In this document: positions 63,875 through 64,000 of the stretch, one piece after another
How the letters are laid out: each line of letters starts with the position of its first letter
How positions within the stretch are numbered: the first letter of the stretch is position 1
Origin: Sphagnum compactum
Taxonomy: Eukaryota
DNA length: 64,000 nucleotides
Direction: 5' to 3'
NCBI GenBank assembly: GCA_965153455.1
Contig: OZ234494.1
Location: forward strand, 3,410,001-3,474,000
Translations under genes and position numbers: made by a program
Notes under the pieces: model-generated
Told to the model about the DNA's origin: nothing
Databases searched by the model: none
What the model saw: only the letters and a program-made list of their open reading frames with translations

Positions 63875-64000
63875 CTGCAACAACAATTGCATACAACCTT
63901 AGCGCAATTTTTTTGCATGCTCTTCTTCACATTCTTCGCAGTTTCTTCTTCATCTTCTATCGCCAAAAGCTGCACCTGCTCTTCTTCACATTCTTCGCAG

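Overview
Eukaryotic nuclear DNA from a land plant. It has GT-AG introns, Lhcb6, an OVATE protein, a class III peroxidase and a plant-type PEPC. The repeat style and the extra PEPC introns suggest a bryophyte, probably a Sphagnum-like moss (inference). Genes in order: 3' part of an annexin (+), intronless OVATE-family gene (-), Lhcb6/CP24 (-), a tubulin-folding cofactor A pseudogene (+), SWC5/CFDP1 (-), p24beta/GOLD (+), class III peroxidase (-), a PAF-acetylhydrolase-like lipase (+), and most of a C3-type PEPC (-). The TBCA pseudogene has two TGA stops and a Tourist-like MITE with a TTA TSD in exon 3. The AT-rich, repeat-rich 35.5-52 kb interval holds a structurally complete 2495-bp hAT transposon (TIRs, perfect 8-bp TSD, intronless disrupted transposase), plus several minisatellites, one built from a MITE terminus. 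No CRISPR, rRNA or tRNA was found, and I cannot support a wholly new biological system from the sequence alone. All family assignments come from motif recognition, not database searches.
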